A stretch of DNA of 64,000 bases from Podarcis melisellensis. Its lineage: Eukaryota. A model generated the notes under the pieces. That model saw nothing but the letters and a program-made list of their open reading frames with translations. It ran no database searches and had not been told where the DNA came from. The position numbers were made by a program, and so were the translations under genes. The stretch lies in the NCBI GenBank assembly GCA_964234715.1, contig OZ174288.1, one strand, 5' to 3'. Below, piece after piece: positions 13,451 to 24,558 of this stretch (position 1 is the stretch's first letter; every line of letters begins with the position of its first letter).

Positions 13451-16434
13451 ACCCATTCCTTTCTTAAGCAGCAGCACCCAATGCCTCATTCAAACTGCTT
13501 TTGAATGTTTTGAAGCAGTTAGGGATATTACACCAGGTTGGAGTGGGTAAATGCTGTTTAAAGGGGGAAAGCTCAAAATTCCACTTGGCAGGCCTCCCAG
13601 GCCCATGGCAGCTTATTGGATCCTGGCCACAGCTGGGTATGCTGAATTAGAAAACTTAAGATAGAGGGGGAAATTGGGATTTCTGCGGATCATAAATTAC
13701 CTATATTATATTAAAATAGTGCTTAAAAAGCGCAGTATACTCATAAGAAGTTCAGCTTTCTGATAATTTTTTCATTTTAGAAAACAAAAAATCTGTCTAG
13801 TTCTTACGGTTGTGAAACTATGCTTGAAAGTTCTGCTGCATGAAGTTGCCATACCAACACCTACCCTAAGTGTACTTCAGTAATACCATTGTACATCTGG
13901 GTACAGCATGATTTTAATACAGTTTCCATTATCTGATCCTGTGGTGAATAAACTTCTGGAGTTCACCTTGAATGCATTTCTCCACTGCCCCAGAAGTGCC
14001 TTACCTAGCCTGGTACCCACCATACATTGTGGAATATAATCCCATTATCCCTGAGCATTATTCATGCTGGCTGGGGGTGATGGGAATTAGGGTCCAGTTT
14101 CTGAAGGACACCAGGTTGGGGTAGGCTGCTCTGGAACCATGGTTGTTCAGCAAACCTTTCCCTTGTTCACTTCTCTGCCAGATAAGCCCTGTGTGCCTGC
14201 AGTGGAATCTTGGTGCATTGTAGAAGATTCTGAGGAATGTTATGGGGCGTGTTCGCTGCACCATCTTGGGGGGGGGGTGAATTTCAGAGGAGCTTGATGC
14301 AGTTTGAAAATCATTGCTGCAGAACCCAGAAATCACAATTTTGGTCATTATTTCTGGCTGTTGATAGCCTTTATTCTAAACTATGTATGTATGTACAATC
14401 CGGTTTTTGCTCAGAAACCAAACGTGAGATTTAACATTCACTAAATTATTCTGTATTTTGTAACACATTCCAGTGCATCAGGGACAGCCAATATGGTGCC
14501 CTCCATATGTGAGCTCCAACTTCCAGTAACCTCAGCCAGTATGGCTAGGGCTCAAGTATCAAGGGAGCTATAATTTCAAACATTGGCTACCCCTGCTCTA
14601 CATGTCACCTCTTTATTATTCCTTTTTCATGCTTGATGCTAAGAGTGACCTTTTCTAAACTCAGTTTTTAAAAACTACCTGTATGCATGCTTTTCAGGTT
14701 AAGAATCCAATTATTATCCAGTGGTATTGTGCTCTATATTTTACTGCATGTCAATATTTTATAGTTGAAGCTAGCAAGACAGACACTAAGTAATCATACT
14801 GCTGTGGGCATCGGTGGCTCCCCTGTCATACCTTAGAATCTCTGCTGTTGCTGAGATTCCACTTGCTGGCATTTGGTATCTCCACGTAGTAAGATGGAGT
14901 GAAATTAGGTCAGCGGCAGCAATTTATCAGAGTTCCATTTGTGACTAGGTAACAGTTATCGCTGTTCAATTTGGCATATGTTTCCTCACATTTTCAAAGA
15001 ATGACCCTTGTTTTCGAATACCCAAGCTTTAGTGCTCATACTTTCTGAGCGTTTAACAGGTGTGCTGGGTCTATCTACAGATTTCTGTCACAAGTGCATG
15101 CAACGGCAAACTTACATTTCCCTCCATCTGAATGTAACAGATGCTGGAGTGGGGAGAACAGCTCCATGGAAGCAGGAGCAGTCAATGGTAAACCTCACAT
15201 CACAGAGCAGTTTAGTTCTAGCTTGTATTGTACATATCACTGTTCTAATGCTCATTTTATTTTCTCGGTATATACCTTTATTGGGTTCTTTGGGCTATTC
15301 CTTTCACACAGTAAGATAAATGGCTATTAGTCATGACGTCTATATGGAACCTCCATGTTCAGAGGTAGTAAACTGCTAAATACTAGTTGCTGGAGTGTGC
15401 AATAGTTATTTTGTTATTGTATTCATAAGTTGTTTTATTCCAAGACACCCAAGAAAAGACTTAAAATTTCAAACTACTAAAACAAATAATAAAAAATGTA
15501 AAGTTGGCCTTGTGAGTTGAGGGGTCAGTCTGACTGGAGCAAGTCCTGATGTTTCCTTTGTCTGTTTGCCTGCCTGCCTCACTCTCTTCTGCCTTCCCAC
15601 AGGGTGGATGGCATCCTTTGGATCCATAGGGGAAGGGTTTAATTTACTGGAGCAGGCCCTGATGTTGACCATGCCTTCCTTCCTTGCTGGCTTCTTCAAG
15701 CACTTTTGATACCCAGGTCTCTGATCCCCAGTCCCCTTCCCATACCTTTTCCAGTCCCATGAGATCCCTTGGATTCTCTGTAGTTTGCCCTTCTTCCTCC
15801 CCCCCACCCCCAAATCAGGATGCATCTTTCCTTTGGTGGATTCATTTGAGATCAGATAATGCTTAGACCCCCCCCCAAAAAAATACTACTTGCTTAAGTG
15901 TGGGTAGATGTTAAAAAATCCCCTCTAATCCCCAAAGGAAAAATTTGAAAACTGTTTGAAGAGGCTTGGAAATGTCTCCAGCTTAATAGAAGCTAAGGAT
16001 CAGGTTAACTACACAATGAATTATTAGTTTACAGTGTAATGGTATATGTGTCCACTCAGAAGTAAGTCTCTTTGTGTTTAATGGGGCTTATTCCTAGATA
16101 ACTAGGTACAGGATGGTAGCATAGGCTTCAGTTTAGAGTTGGCAATTGGCTAAATCGGGGTTCTTGTGCCTTTAACAGTTGTATGACAGGCAGACATTCA
16201 ACAGGTTAAGCCTTTTATAGAATGGAAGCACAATTACAGAAAAAACTTCACCATGACTGTGCTACCTCTAGTTTTGTGTATACTGTGGCCCCATGGCAGC
16301 CATGTTGTGACTGGTGCCCACAGCATTCTCTAAAAATTGGAAATCTGCCCATGTATCCAAAATAGTTGGTGACTCCTGTTTTATGCAGACAAAGGCACTT
16401 GCGGAGGGCGCAAAGCAGGACCATGGCCTAGGTA

Positions 16435-16783
16435 CAGTGGTGCCCCGCAAGACGAACGCCTCGCAAGACGAAAAACCCGCTAGACGAAAGGGTTTTCCGT
16501 TTTGGAGGCGCTTCGTAAAACGAATTCCCCTATGGGGTTGCTTCGCAAGACGAAAAAAATCTTGCATCCCCCCGCGGGTTTTTTTCGCTTTTTTTCGCCC
16601 TTTTCTTAAGCCGCTTATCAGCTGTTCCGCTGATAAGCCGCTTAACAGCTGATCGCTGGAAGCCGCTTGACAGCTGTAGCGCTAATCCGCTAAGCTGTCA
16701 ATGGGCTTGCTTCGCAAGACGAAAAAACCGCTATACGAAGAGCCTCACGGAACGGATTAATTTCGTCTTGCGAGGCACCACTG
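16435..16783. mobile_element. Non-autonomous Tc1/mariner (Tigger/pogo-like) MITE
   Basis: TIRs cagtggtgccccgcaagacgaa / ttcgtcttgcgaggcaccactg, TA on left, internal cgcaagacgaa repeats, CpG-rich. Confidence 0.85.
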
Positions 16784-16930
16784 CATGTTCAAACATCCCA
16801 GCAAAGAGGCTTGACGGGGCTTTTGGTCCCTGGGCCTGAGGTTCTCACCCCTGTCCTAGAGGCAGCTAGTTGGTTGCTCTGGCAAGCAAGATGCTGGAGT
16901 AGATGGTATTTTATATTTGATCCACTAGAG

Positions 16931-17105
16931 CAGGCATAGGCAAACTCTGGCCCTGCAGATGTTTGGGACTACAATTCCCATAATCCCTGACCACTTGTCC
17001 TGTTTGCTAGGGATGATGGGAATTGTAGTCCCAAACATCTGGAGGGCTGAGTTTGCCTATGCCTGACTTATACCCCGCCCATCAAGCTGGGTTTGCCTGT
17101 GCCTG
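16931..17105. mobile_element. hAT MITE with duplicated right terminus
   Basis: TIR caggcataggcaaac / gtttgcctatgcctg (17051-17065) and a second gtttgcctgtgcctg (17091-17105); 8-bp TSD cactagag at 16923-16930 and 17106-17113. Confidence 0.88.
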
Positions 17106-19459
17106 CACTAGAGCTCTTATGCTTTTATGGGCAGTGCTAATCAAACGATTAATATTGTTGGATTAATCAAATGCATTCCAGTAGATTAAAATTGCATTTG
17201 CATATGAATAAGAATAATTACTTGGAATAAAAAAGCATGCTTTCTTTGGTTGTAGACATTGGAAATGCATCCCCCAGGTCACAGCACCTTAGCCTATTAA
17301 TTCCCTCCTGTATGCGGTGGAAGGAGAAATGCTACTTCTGATGGAACTTGCAGTCTCTGTGGTGTTATATAAAAGATAATTTTAGAAATCTATTTCCTGA
17401 TTAAATTTTTAAATGAATTAATCTGAATGAATTGACTAAACATTGCAGCCCTAGCTTTCATATCTTGTGTAAAACACAACAATGTACTTGATTCTGCCAC
17501 AAGTATCAGTCATAGTTCCTCTTCAAGCCTACTGAAATTTAAACCATAGCTTTCCATTTATATTTTTAAAATGCAGAGACTACAGAAAAATGGGATATTA
17601 AAAGCACATCAGATCTCCACAGGCTCCGGGTAAAAAGCTAATGCAGGCTTAGAATACTTTCAGTATACTCTAATAATTCTCACTCATCTTTGTTCGGATA
17701 TGGGTGATGTTCTTTTCCATTTGGCTTATGGTTTACTATAATAACATTTCCTTAATTGCTGCAGGAAAAAAAACACTACTGTATCTGAATAGAAGTAGAC
17801 AGCTCTTCCCCATGACTGGAACAAACATCCATACACTAAAATGCTTCTAATATCCTACTTGTGCTTGCTATAAAAATGAATTATATAATAATTGGAAGAT
17901 CATTTAGACTGCTGAAATATTTTTAGAAACATTTATTAACCATATGCATTGAGAAAACTTGAATTTGGTTCACATTTTGATAGCTGAAAAACAGTTGTTG
18001 ATTCTTGTTGATCATATCATCATAAACATAATCTATCTATATATATATATATATATAATAGCTTCTAGCATTCTGTCACACTCTAGTGAGATCAAGAAAT
18101 GGAACACAGGGCAGGGCTATGCAGATGAAGGATTGGGGAAAGTTTTTTAAATCAATGGCTGGGATCACTAGGGGTGGGGATCATGCTTAATACCTCCCAT
18201 AATAACAACCCTGAGTACATCCTTCATTGTTTCCCAATTCAGGGAAAGTGTTACACTTGGAGGTCCTGTTGTAGTCAGGGCAGACCTTAGCCTCAGCCCC
18301 CTAATATTAGTTGGTCTAATATTGACTGGCATAGATGTTGAAAGGCTCTGATGTGTCTTCACTACAAAATCCCTTCTAACATTTTCCCAACAACTATTGC
18401 AATGTATAAGCTCACAATGTTACAATATTTTCTTGCGAGCTATCTCAGACATAGAATCCCCTGAGTTCTTTCCTGGCACATATGTTTACTACATCCCAAA
18501 GTCCAGCCTGTGGCAGTAGTTGATGTGTGATTTTGTTGTAGGAAGTTGGTGAAACAAAGATACCCTTTGTCATTACCAAAAAACAGTCCAAAGCAATAGT
18601 TTGCCTTGGATATACATTTCTCTTTTCATTCCAGAAGTACTGTATTTTGAATAAGCCAGTCTTCTTGATGAGAAATAAAACTATCATTATTAATAATGAT
18701 TATTATGTTGTACATGGTGCCATAACCATAGACGACACTTTACAGAGTAGCATATGGGAGAGAAAGGTTCCTGCCCTAAGACACATAATTCCTGACCATC
18801 AGCCAGGGTGGTTGGGGTTTATGGGAGCTGGAATTCACAGCATTGATGGGCAGCATGTTGCCTACCCCTGCTTCAAGGTAAGCCTTGAACCAGCAGATAA
18901 CGCTCTCTCTGCATGAAAAGAAAAAGGCTCCAACACCCTGTTAGATCTTTCATGCCTTCCTTGCCTTACATTCATTTCATTTACTGTTAAGAAACTCCTA
19001 GACTGTTATTTATTACCCATCTTAATGAAAGAACTACTGTCTTCCTTGCATTTTTTTCTTGCTATGTCTTTTGACATGATTTTATTTTTCTCCAAAACAT
19101 TTAAAGAGGCATGATTCACCATGATCACATGGACACATTTCATCTTACTATACCACATTATCCCCAATAGCACCATTCTCATTTTAAATCTTTCATGTTG
19201 TTGGTCATTGTTACATCAATTAGATCTTTTGGCAAAGGGGTGCCCAAATGTATTTAACACTTCCTGCACCCGAAATAATTAATTTACCTTAAGCCCAGAA
19301 CAGCTGTTCTGGTTTATAGAACCTGTATTCATGTCCCATCCCACCCTGAAATATGACTTTTCCATTTCCACTGCACAGCAGTTAGGCTGTCTTGAATATA
19401 CTGCACACTTCCAGCAAATACAATGCCCTTTTGCAACCCCTTGTTGTTTAAGGGAACTT

Positions 19460-20755
19460 ACAGAATGATATAATTGTATAATTGGAATGGGCCCGATTCT
19501 AGTCCAGCCCCCTACAATGCAGGAATCTTAACTAAAGTGACCATGACATATGGCCATCCAGCCTCCAATGAAGGCGTGTCTGCCACCTTCTGACGAAGTC
19601 TATTACCATCAGAAAGTTTTTCCTAATGTTTAGTCGGAATTTCCTGTCTTGTAACTTGAATCCATTAGTTTGGGTCCCACCCTCGGAGCAGGAGAAAACA
19701 AGCCCCATGTGGCAACCCTTTAGATATTTGAAAATCCTCTAGTCTCCTCTTTTCTGGGCTAAACATACCCAGCTCCTTCAACCTTTCCTCGTAAGGCTTA
19801 GTTTCCAGTCCCTTGATCATCTTGGTTGCCCTCCTGTGCGCACATTGCAGCCTGTCAACATCCTCCTTGTGGTGCTAAGATTTGGACATAGTAGTCCAAG
19901 TTGGTCTGACTAAGGCAGAATATAGTGGTGATTTTCTCTTGATCTGGACACTGTACTTGTGTTGATGCAGCCTAGAATAGCATTAGCTTTTTCTGCTGCT
20001 GCATCACACTGTTGTCTCACATTAAGCTTGTGGTCCAACAAGACCCCTAGATCTTTCAGGCATATCCCATCTTATATTCTTGCAGCTGATTATTCCTGCC
20101 TAAGTGTAGAACATTACATTTGTCCCTACTGAAATTAATTTTGTTAGCTTGGGCCCCGTTCTCCAATCTATTAAGGTTCTTTTGAATTCTGATTCTGTTT
20201 TCTGTGGCATTAGCTACCCCTCCCAGTTTGGTGTCATCTGCAAATTTGATGAGCATCCCCTCATTTCCTTTATCCAAGTCATTTATAAAAATGTTGAACA
20301 ACAGACGCAAGACAGAACCATCCCATGTGGCACCCCACTTTGTCCCTTTGTTCCAGGATGATGAGGAACCATTAATGAGCACTCTTTGGGTTTTGTCGGT
20401 CAACCAGCTACAAATCCATCTAACAGTAACCTCGTCCAACCAACATTTTACCAGCTTCTTCAAGAATATCACAGGGGACTTTGTCAAAAGCCTTATTGAA
20501 ATCAAGATACACCACATCCACAGCATTCACCAATCCACCAAGCTTGTAACTTTATCAAAAAAAGAAATGAGTCTGGCATGACTTGTTTTTGAGACACCCA
20601 TACTGGGTCTTCACAATCACAGCATCCTTTTCTAAGTACTCACAGACTGACCATTTAATTATATGTTCTAGGATCCTTCCTGGTATCAAAAAGCTGATGG
20701 ATTGGTAGTTACCTCAATCTTCTCTCTCCCCCCCCCCCTTTTGAAGATGGGTACA
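19460..20755 (-). mobile_element. CR1 LINE fragment including degenerate RT (ORF 20056-20526)
   Basis: LFNIFINDLD...LIKFADDTKLGG...KCNVLHLGRNN are CR1 RT motifs; CR1 3' tail near 19460-19560. Confidence 0.92.
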
Positions 20756-21381
20756 ACTTCTAATCTCAGAGCCTCAATGTCTATAATTCAGTATAACTAG
20801 TTTGCCTGTTGTTCCGTGCAGTGCTATTCCCTTCTGTTCACTGGAAAGCCTTTTAGAAGCGCCCACATTCAAGCAGGCTGGATTCTGAAAGCTGGACTTC
20901 TTAGGCTAGATAATTCCATGGGTGGTGTTTATTGGTCCAGGATTGGTGAACAGAGAAAAAGGGCCCCCTCTGCAAGTGACTTGTATCCCTTATGAATGTA
21001 TGTTGGGAGGGGGATAAAAATGTACGGACTGAAGGATTATGGTGTATGATAACTTAGTTAATTTTGTTGCTGTAAGAGTCACTTGTAGAATAATACATTA
21101 ACTTCTAGGTGATGCACTTCTTTATCAAGATCTCCCTTCACTCTCCCATGCAGTCTTCCATATTCATTACCCCTTTGTTGATCCTGGAAAAGTTTCTTTT
21201 TATAAAAGCTCTTGACCATGTTGATGTCCTGTTGTTCACTCTGCTATCCATACATCAGCACACAACAACGACGTGCAATAGCAACACAGGAGGAACATTA
21301 AGTAACCATGATTGTAGCTTTCAGCCCCAGCTGGAGAATATTTGTTCCTCAGGTTGTAAGAATAAATAAGCTTGCAAATCT

Positions 21382-21387
21382 TTTATT
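21382..21387 (-). terminator. Candidate polyadenylation signal (AATAAA) for the orphan GPCR
   Basis: tttatt on + strand ~70 nt downstream of the stop codon. Confidence 0.35.
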
Positions 21388-21456
21388 CCTTCAGGTTCTG
21401 TATGTTGGCAGATTTGTAGCTTTTTTCTTCAATGCTAATATTTTGGAAGGCAAAGG

Positions 21457-22497
21457 TCAGTGTGATCCATTTTCAGAGGGCCCAGATGAGACTTCAGCAC
21501 GAGTCTCTGGTATTTCAAGAGGACTGTTACTAGCATGTCTCCTCCTGCAAACTTTTGTGAGATTAGTTATAACATTCAGTAAACCGATTCTGCATGGTTT
21601 ATGAAGGCAAAGAATGATAACTAAACTAACACAGCTTTCGCTGAACAGCAGGATCTCTGCAATATTCATTGTCAGCTCATTTTGGGGTGTCCCTATTATC
21701 CTCTGTATCTTCAAGCTGGTCCTAGAGAGAATCATACTGTTGTAAAATAGACGACACACAAACATTGTTATTGTAATAACCAAAACAGTCAAATATGGGT
21801 GAATATTGTCTCTAGAGGGATGGATTTCCGGCTGAACTTTTTTAACAAACGTTAGAATAAAGCAGAGAAGCTTGGCCAAAGATGGAATGCAGAAGCCAAA
21901 GGTAAATTTAATAATCTCGTATTCAGGCCATGCAAATAAAGGATCTAATTGGCAGTCTGTTTCTTCGTGGTAATTCTCCATTCCCAGCAGTGCCACCACT
22001 ATTAGTGCAGCACAAAAGGCACATATCAGTGCAAATGCAACAGATACCATAGGGTTTTGATGTGCCTTACTAATTAAAGCATTTTGGGGTGGGTGCCTAT
22101 AAAGAAAAAAGCTAAGCACCATGAGGACAAGAAGGTACTGAGAGCTGAAGTAATTCAAATTGAAAAAAAACGACAGCGTTCCACACTCAAAATAGGATAC
22201 TTTGAGATAGGCAGGCCTTGTGATGATGGTGAGCGATAAAAGAATCATTAACATGTTGCTGATGGTGTGAGCAAAAAGCATTATATCTAATTTCTCATTG
22301 GTGCGCTGCATATGGTTCTTGATGAGGATGCCTAAAATAACAATCCCAGCTAGTAGACCAGTTGGTACAAAGAGCGTAATATAGCAGTGCATAAATCTTG
22401 ATATTACATGTTGTGAGAATATGATGTCTTCAAAACTTGTGAATGAATCTCGGCTCTGGCTTGGGTACTTCATCCAGGTCATATTATGAGAGACCAT
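21457..22497 (-). CDS. Orphan class-A-like 7TM receptor, divergent GPER1/GPR146-related paralogue, 346 aa from ATG 22497
   Basis: Uninterrupted ORF with seven hydrophobic segments, an N-terminal N-M-T sequon, Cys3.25 (FECGTL) plus ECL2 Cys (TDCQLD), TM5 GFCIP and TM7 FSESC, aligning by eye to the neighbouring GPER1. The non-ATG extension to 22554 overlaps a splice acceptor. Confidence 0.88.
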   Translation of the reverse strand: MVSHNMTWMKYPSQSRDSFTSFEDIIFSQHVISRFMHCYITLFVPTGLLAGIVILGILIKNHMQRTNEKLDIMLFAHTISNMLMILLSLTIITRPAYLKVSYFECGTLSFFFNLNYFSSQYLLVLMVLSFFLYRHPPQNALISKAHQNPMVSVAFALICAFCAALIVVALLGMENYHEETDCQLDPLFAWPEYEIIKFTFGFCIPSLAKLLCFILTFVKKVQPEIHPSRDNIHPYLTVLVITITMFVCRLFYNSMILSRTSLKIQRIIGTPQNELTMNIAEILLFSESCVSLVIILCLHKPCRIGLLNVITNLTKVCRRRHASNSPLEIPETRAEVSSGPSENGSH

Positions 22498-22528
22498 TCT
22501 TGTGAAGAACTTTGGTTGCTTGGTGTTT

Positions 22529-22560
22529 CTGCAAACTGGAAAACAAACAATCAAAGGACT
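22529..22560 (-). promoter_or_regulatory. Putative splice acceptor(s) of the orphan GPCR coding exon
   Basis: Minus strand agtcctttgattgtttgttttccag|tttgcag|aaac: two AGs (exon start 22535 or 22528) 31-38 nt upstream of the ATG. Confidence 0.6.
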
Positions 22561-24112
22561 TTAAATGTATAGTCAAAGCAGAAGAAAAGTGAGAAAGTAC
22601 CACCGCATATCTTTGGATTTTTAAAATGTCAAAATGTGCTTACAGTGCACCCCAGCTGCAAACCGTAGAGCTCTGTGCTTTGTCAGAAAGGAATGTAGAG
22701 TTGCTGTTGAGCCTGAGTACAATGTTACTTACTTAAGAGTAACTAGGGCAACCTAGCCAGATGGGTGGGGTATAAATAATGAAATTAGTAGTAGTAGTGG
22801 GAGGTGGTCTTGAGACAGCTTCACAAACAATAGAAAATGATGTTTATAGCCTCTATGGGGGAGGGCTTAGTTATTATAATAACTAGAGACACAACCATAG
22901 CCCCAGTAAAAGGACAGGGCGCTCTATTGTCATCTGGTCATTACACTGTTATATCTTTGAATTCCACTATCACAAGTAGATTCAGTAGCAGTTCTACCCT
23001 CTTAGTGCACATTGTGGCTATTGGGTTACTATGTTCACAGTGATTGTTTCAGAATAGTTGTGAAGACTACAAGACTGCAGCAATAGAATTTGAGCAGTAA
23101 TATTACGACCCTTTAATTTTAAATATCCCCAGTCTCATGATGGAACTATTGGAGATTGGGGAAAATAATTGTTTTTAAAAAACTTTTTTAAACACCTTTA
23201 TCTGATTATACTCTTTTGTTAGCTTAGAACTGTGTGTATGTGTTTATAGCAGTTATAAATTCCTAAAGATAGGGTTTTTTAAGGTGAAGCTGACAGGGAA
23301 TTAACTGTAATAGCTCAATCATGTGATGCCATCATGATTCTGTTACCATGAAAAGACATCACTTTCTCTTTTAAACAAATAATAGACTGTGTAAAAAGAT
23401 ACAATAGTTGTTTGCTCTGCAGAAAATGACTGCCATAAATATGGAATGTGTAATTTTATAGGCTACCTAAAAGCACGATTTGTACGTTATCAAAAAGGTG
23501 ATTTCCATATACTTTGTTGAAAGAAATCTGTTGCTAATATTATTCGGAGGTTTTTTAAAAAAGGATTGTGCTGCAATAGGATAAACATTTCATATTTTAA
23601 ATTATGTAGAAAACTATATGGAGCTTTTGGAGTGTAATTATTAGTACATTTTAAAATATAGCTTCTATTTCCCAAGCTTTGTGCTCATATTAAAAGATGT
23701 TTTAGCATATCTGCAATTAAAAAATATAGCAGGCTATGTTTGCTATTTCGTCTTCTGTTTCCTTTGTAACATAAGCATTTCAGTTTTCACATTAATCCCC
23801 AGATTTAATACTGTGGTTTCTTCAAATCATTCAATAATATGCAAAGCTGATCCATTCAGGCAGAGTGTATATGTACAGTGAATTGCAGGGACACTGCAAT
23901 GCCTTGGGTCTCCTATCAGAAGTTTCCATAGAGCCTCATCTAATAATGGAATAATGTTTCTCCCTAAGACTTTCTTCCATAGCTTATATGTTGTTAGTAC
24001 AGTTCTGTCAATGTTAGAATGCTGTGCTTTAAGCTACAGTGAAAGTTTAAGGCTTTGGTTGTATGCCTCATTTAAGAAGACTAAGAAGAGCCCTGCTACA
24101 TTACGCCAAACA

Positions 24113-24327
24113 CAGTGGTACCTCGGGTTAAGAACTTAATTTGTTCCAGAGGTCCGTTCTTAACCTGAAACTGTTCTTAACCTGAAGGACCACTTTAGCT
24201 AATGGGGCCTCCTGCTGCCGCCGTGCAATTTCTGTTCTCATCCTGAAGCAAAGTTCTTAACCTGAGGTACTATTTCTGGGTTAGCGGAGTCTGTAACCTG
24301 AAGCGTATGTAACCCCAGGTACCACTG
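24113..24327. mobile_element. Tc1/mariner MITE (CAGTGGTACCTCGGGTTA family)
   Basis: TIRs cagtggtacctcgggtta / taaccccaggtaccactg + TA; same family as 32628 and 42550, opposite orientation. Confidence 0.88.
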
Positions 24328-24538
24328 TATTCATCTAGTTTACCATCTTTGCATCTTACGTCCCTTAGAGACTTAGAAACAGGACATGAAAACAATAGTC
24401 CTTCCCCAGATCATGCCTCCAAACATGGACTTCAGCTTGGAACTAATGTCTTTTGAACTCAGTTGGACTTTCTTCTCAATAAACATGCACAGAATTAGTC
24501 TGTGAGTATGTTAGACACAGCTGAAATATTAGCTTATT

Positions 24539-24558
24539 CACACACACACACACACACA
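24539..24558 (+). repeat. (CA)n microsatellite
   Basis: Directly visible. Confidence 0.9.

Noticed and set aside
20056-20526. 156-aa ORF as a host gene
   Set aside because: Frameshifted CR1 reverse transcriptase fragment.
22498-22554. TTG-initiated N-terminal extension of the orphan GPCR
   Set aside because: Overlaps a polypyrimidine tract and acceptor; ATG 22497 is the plausible start.
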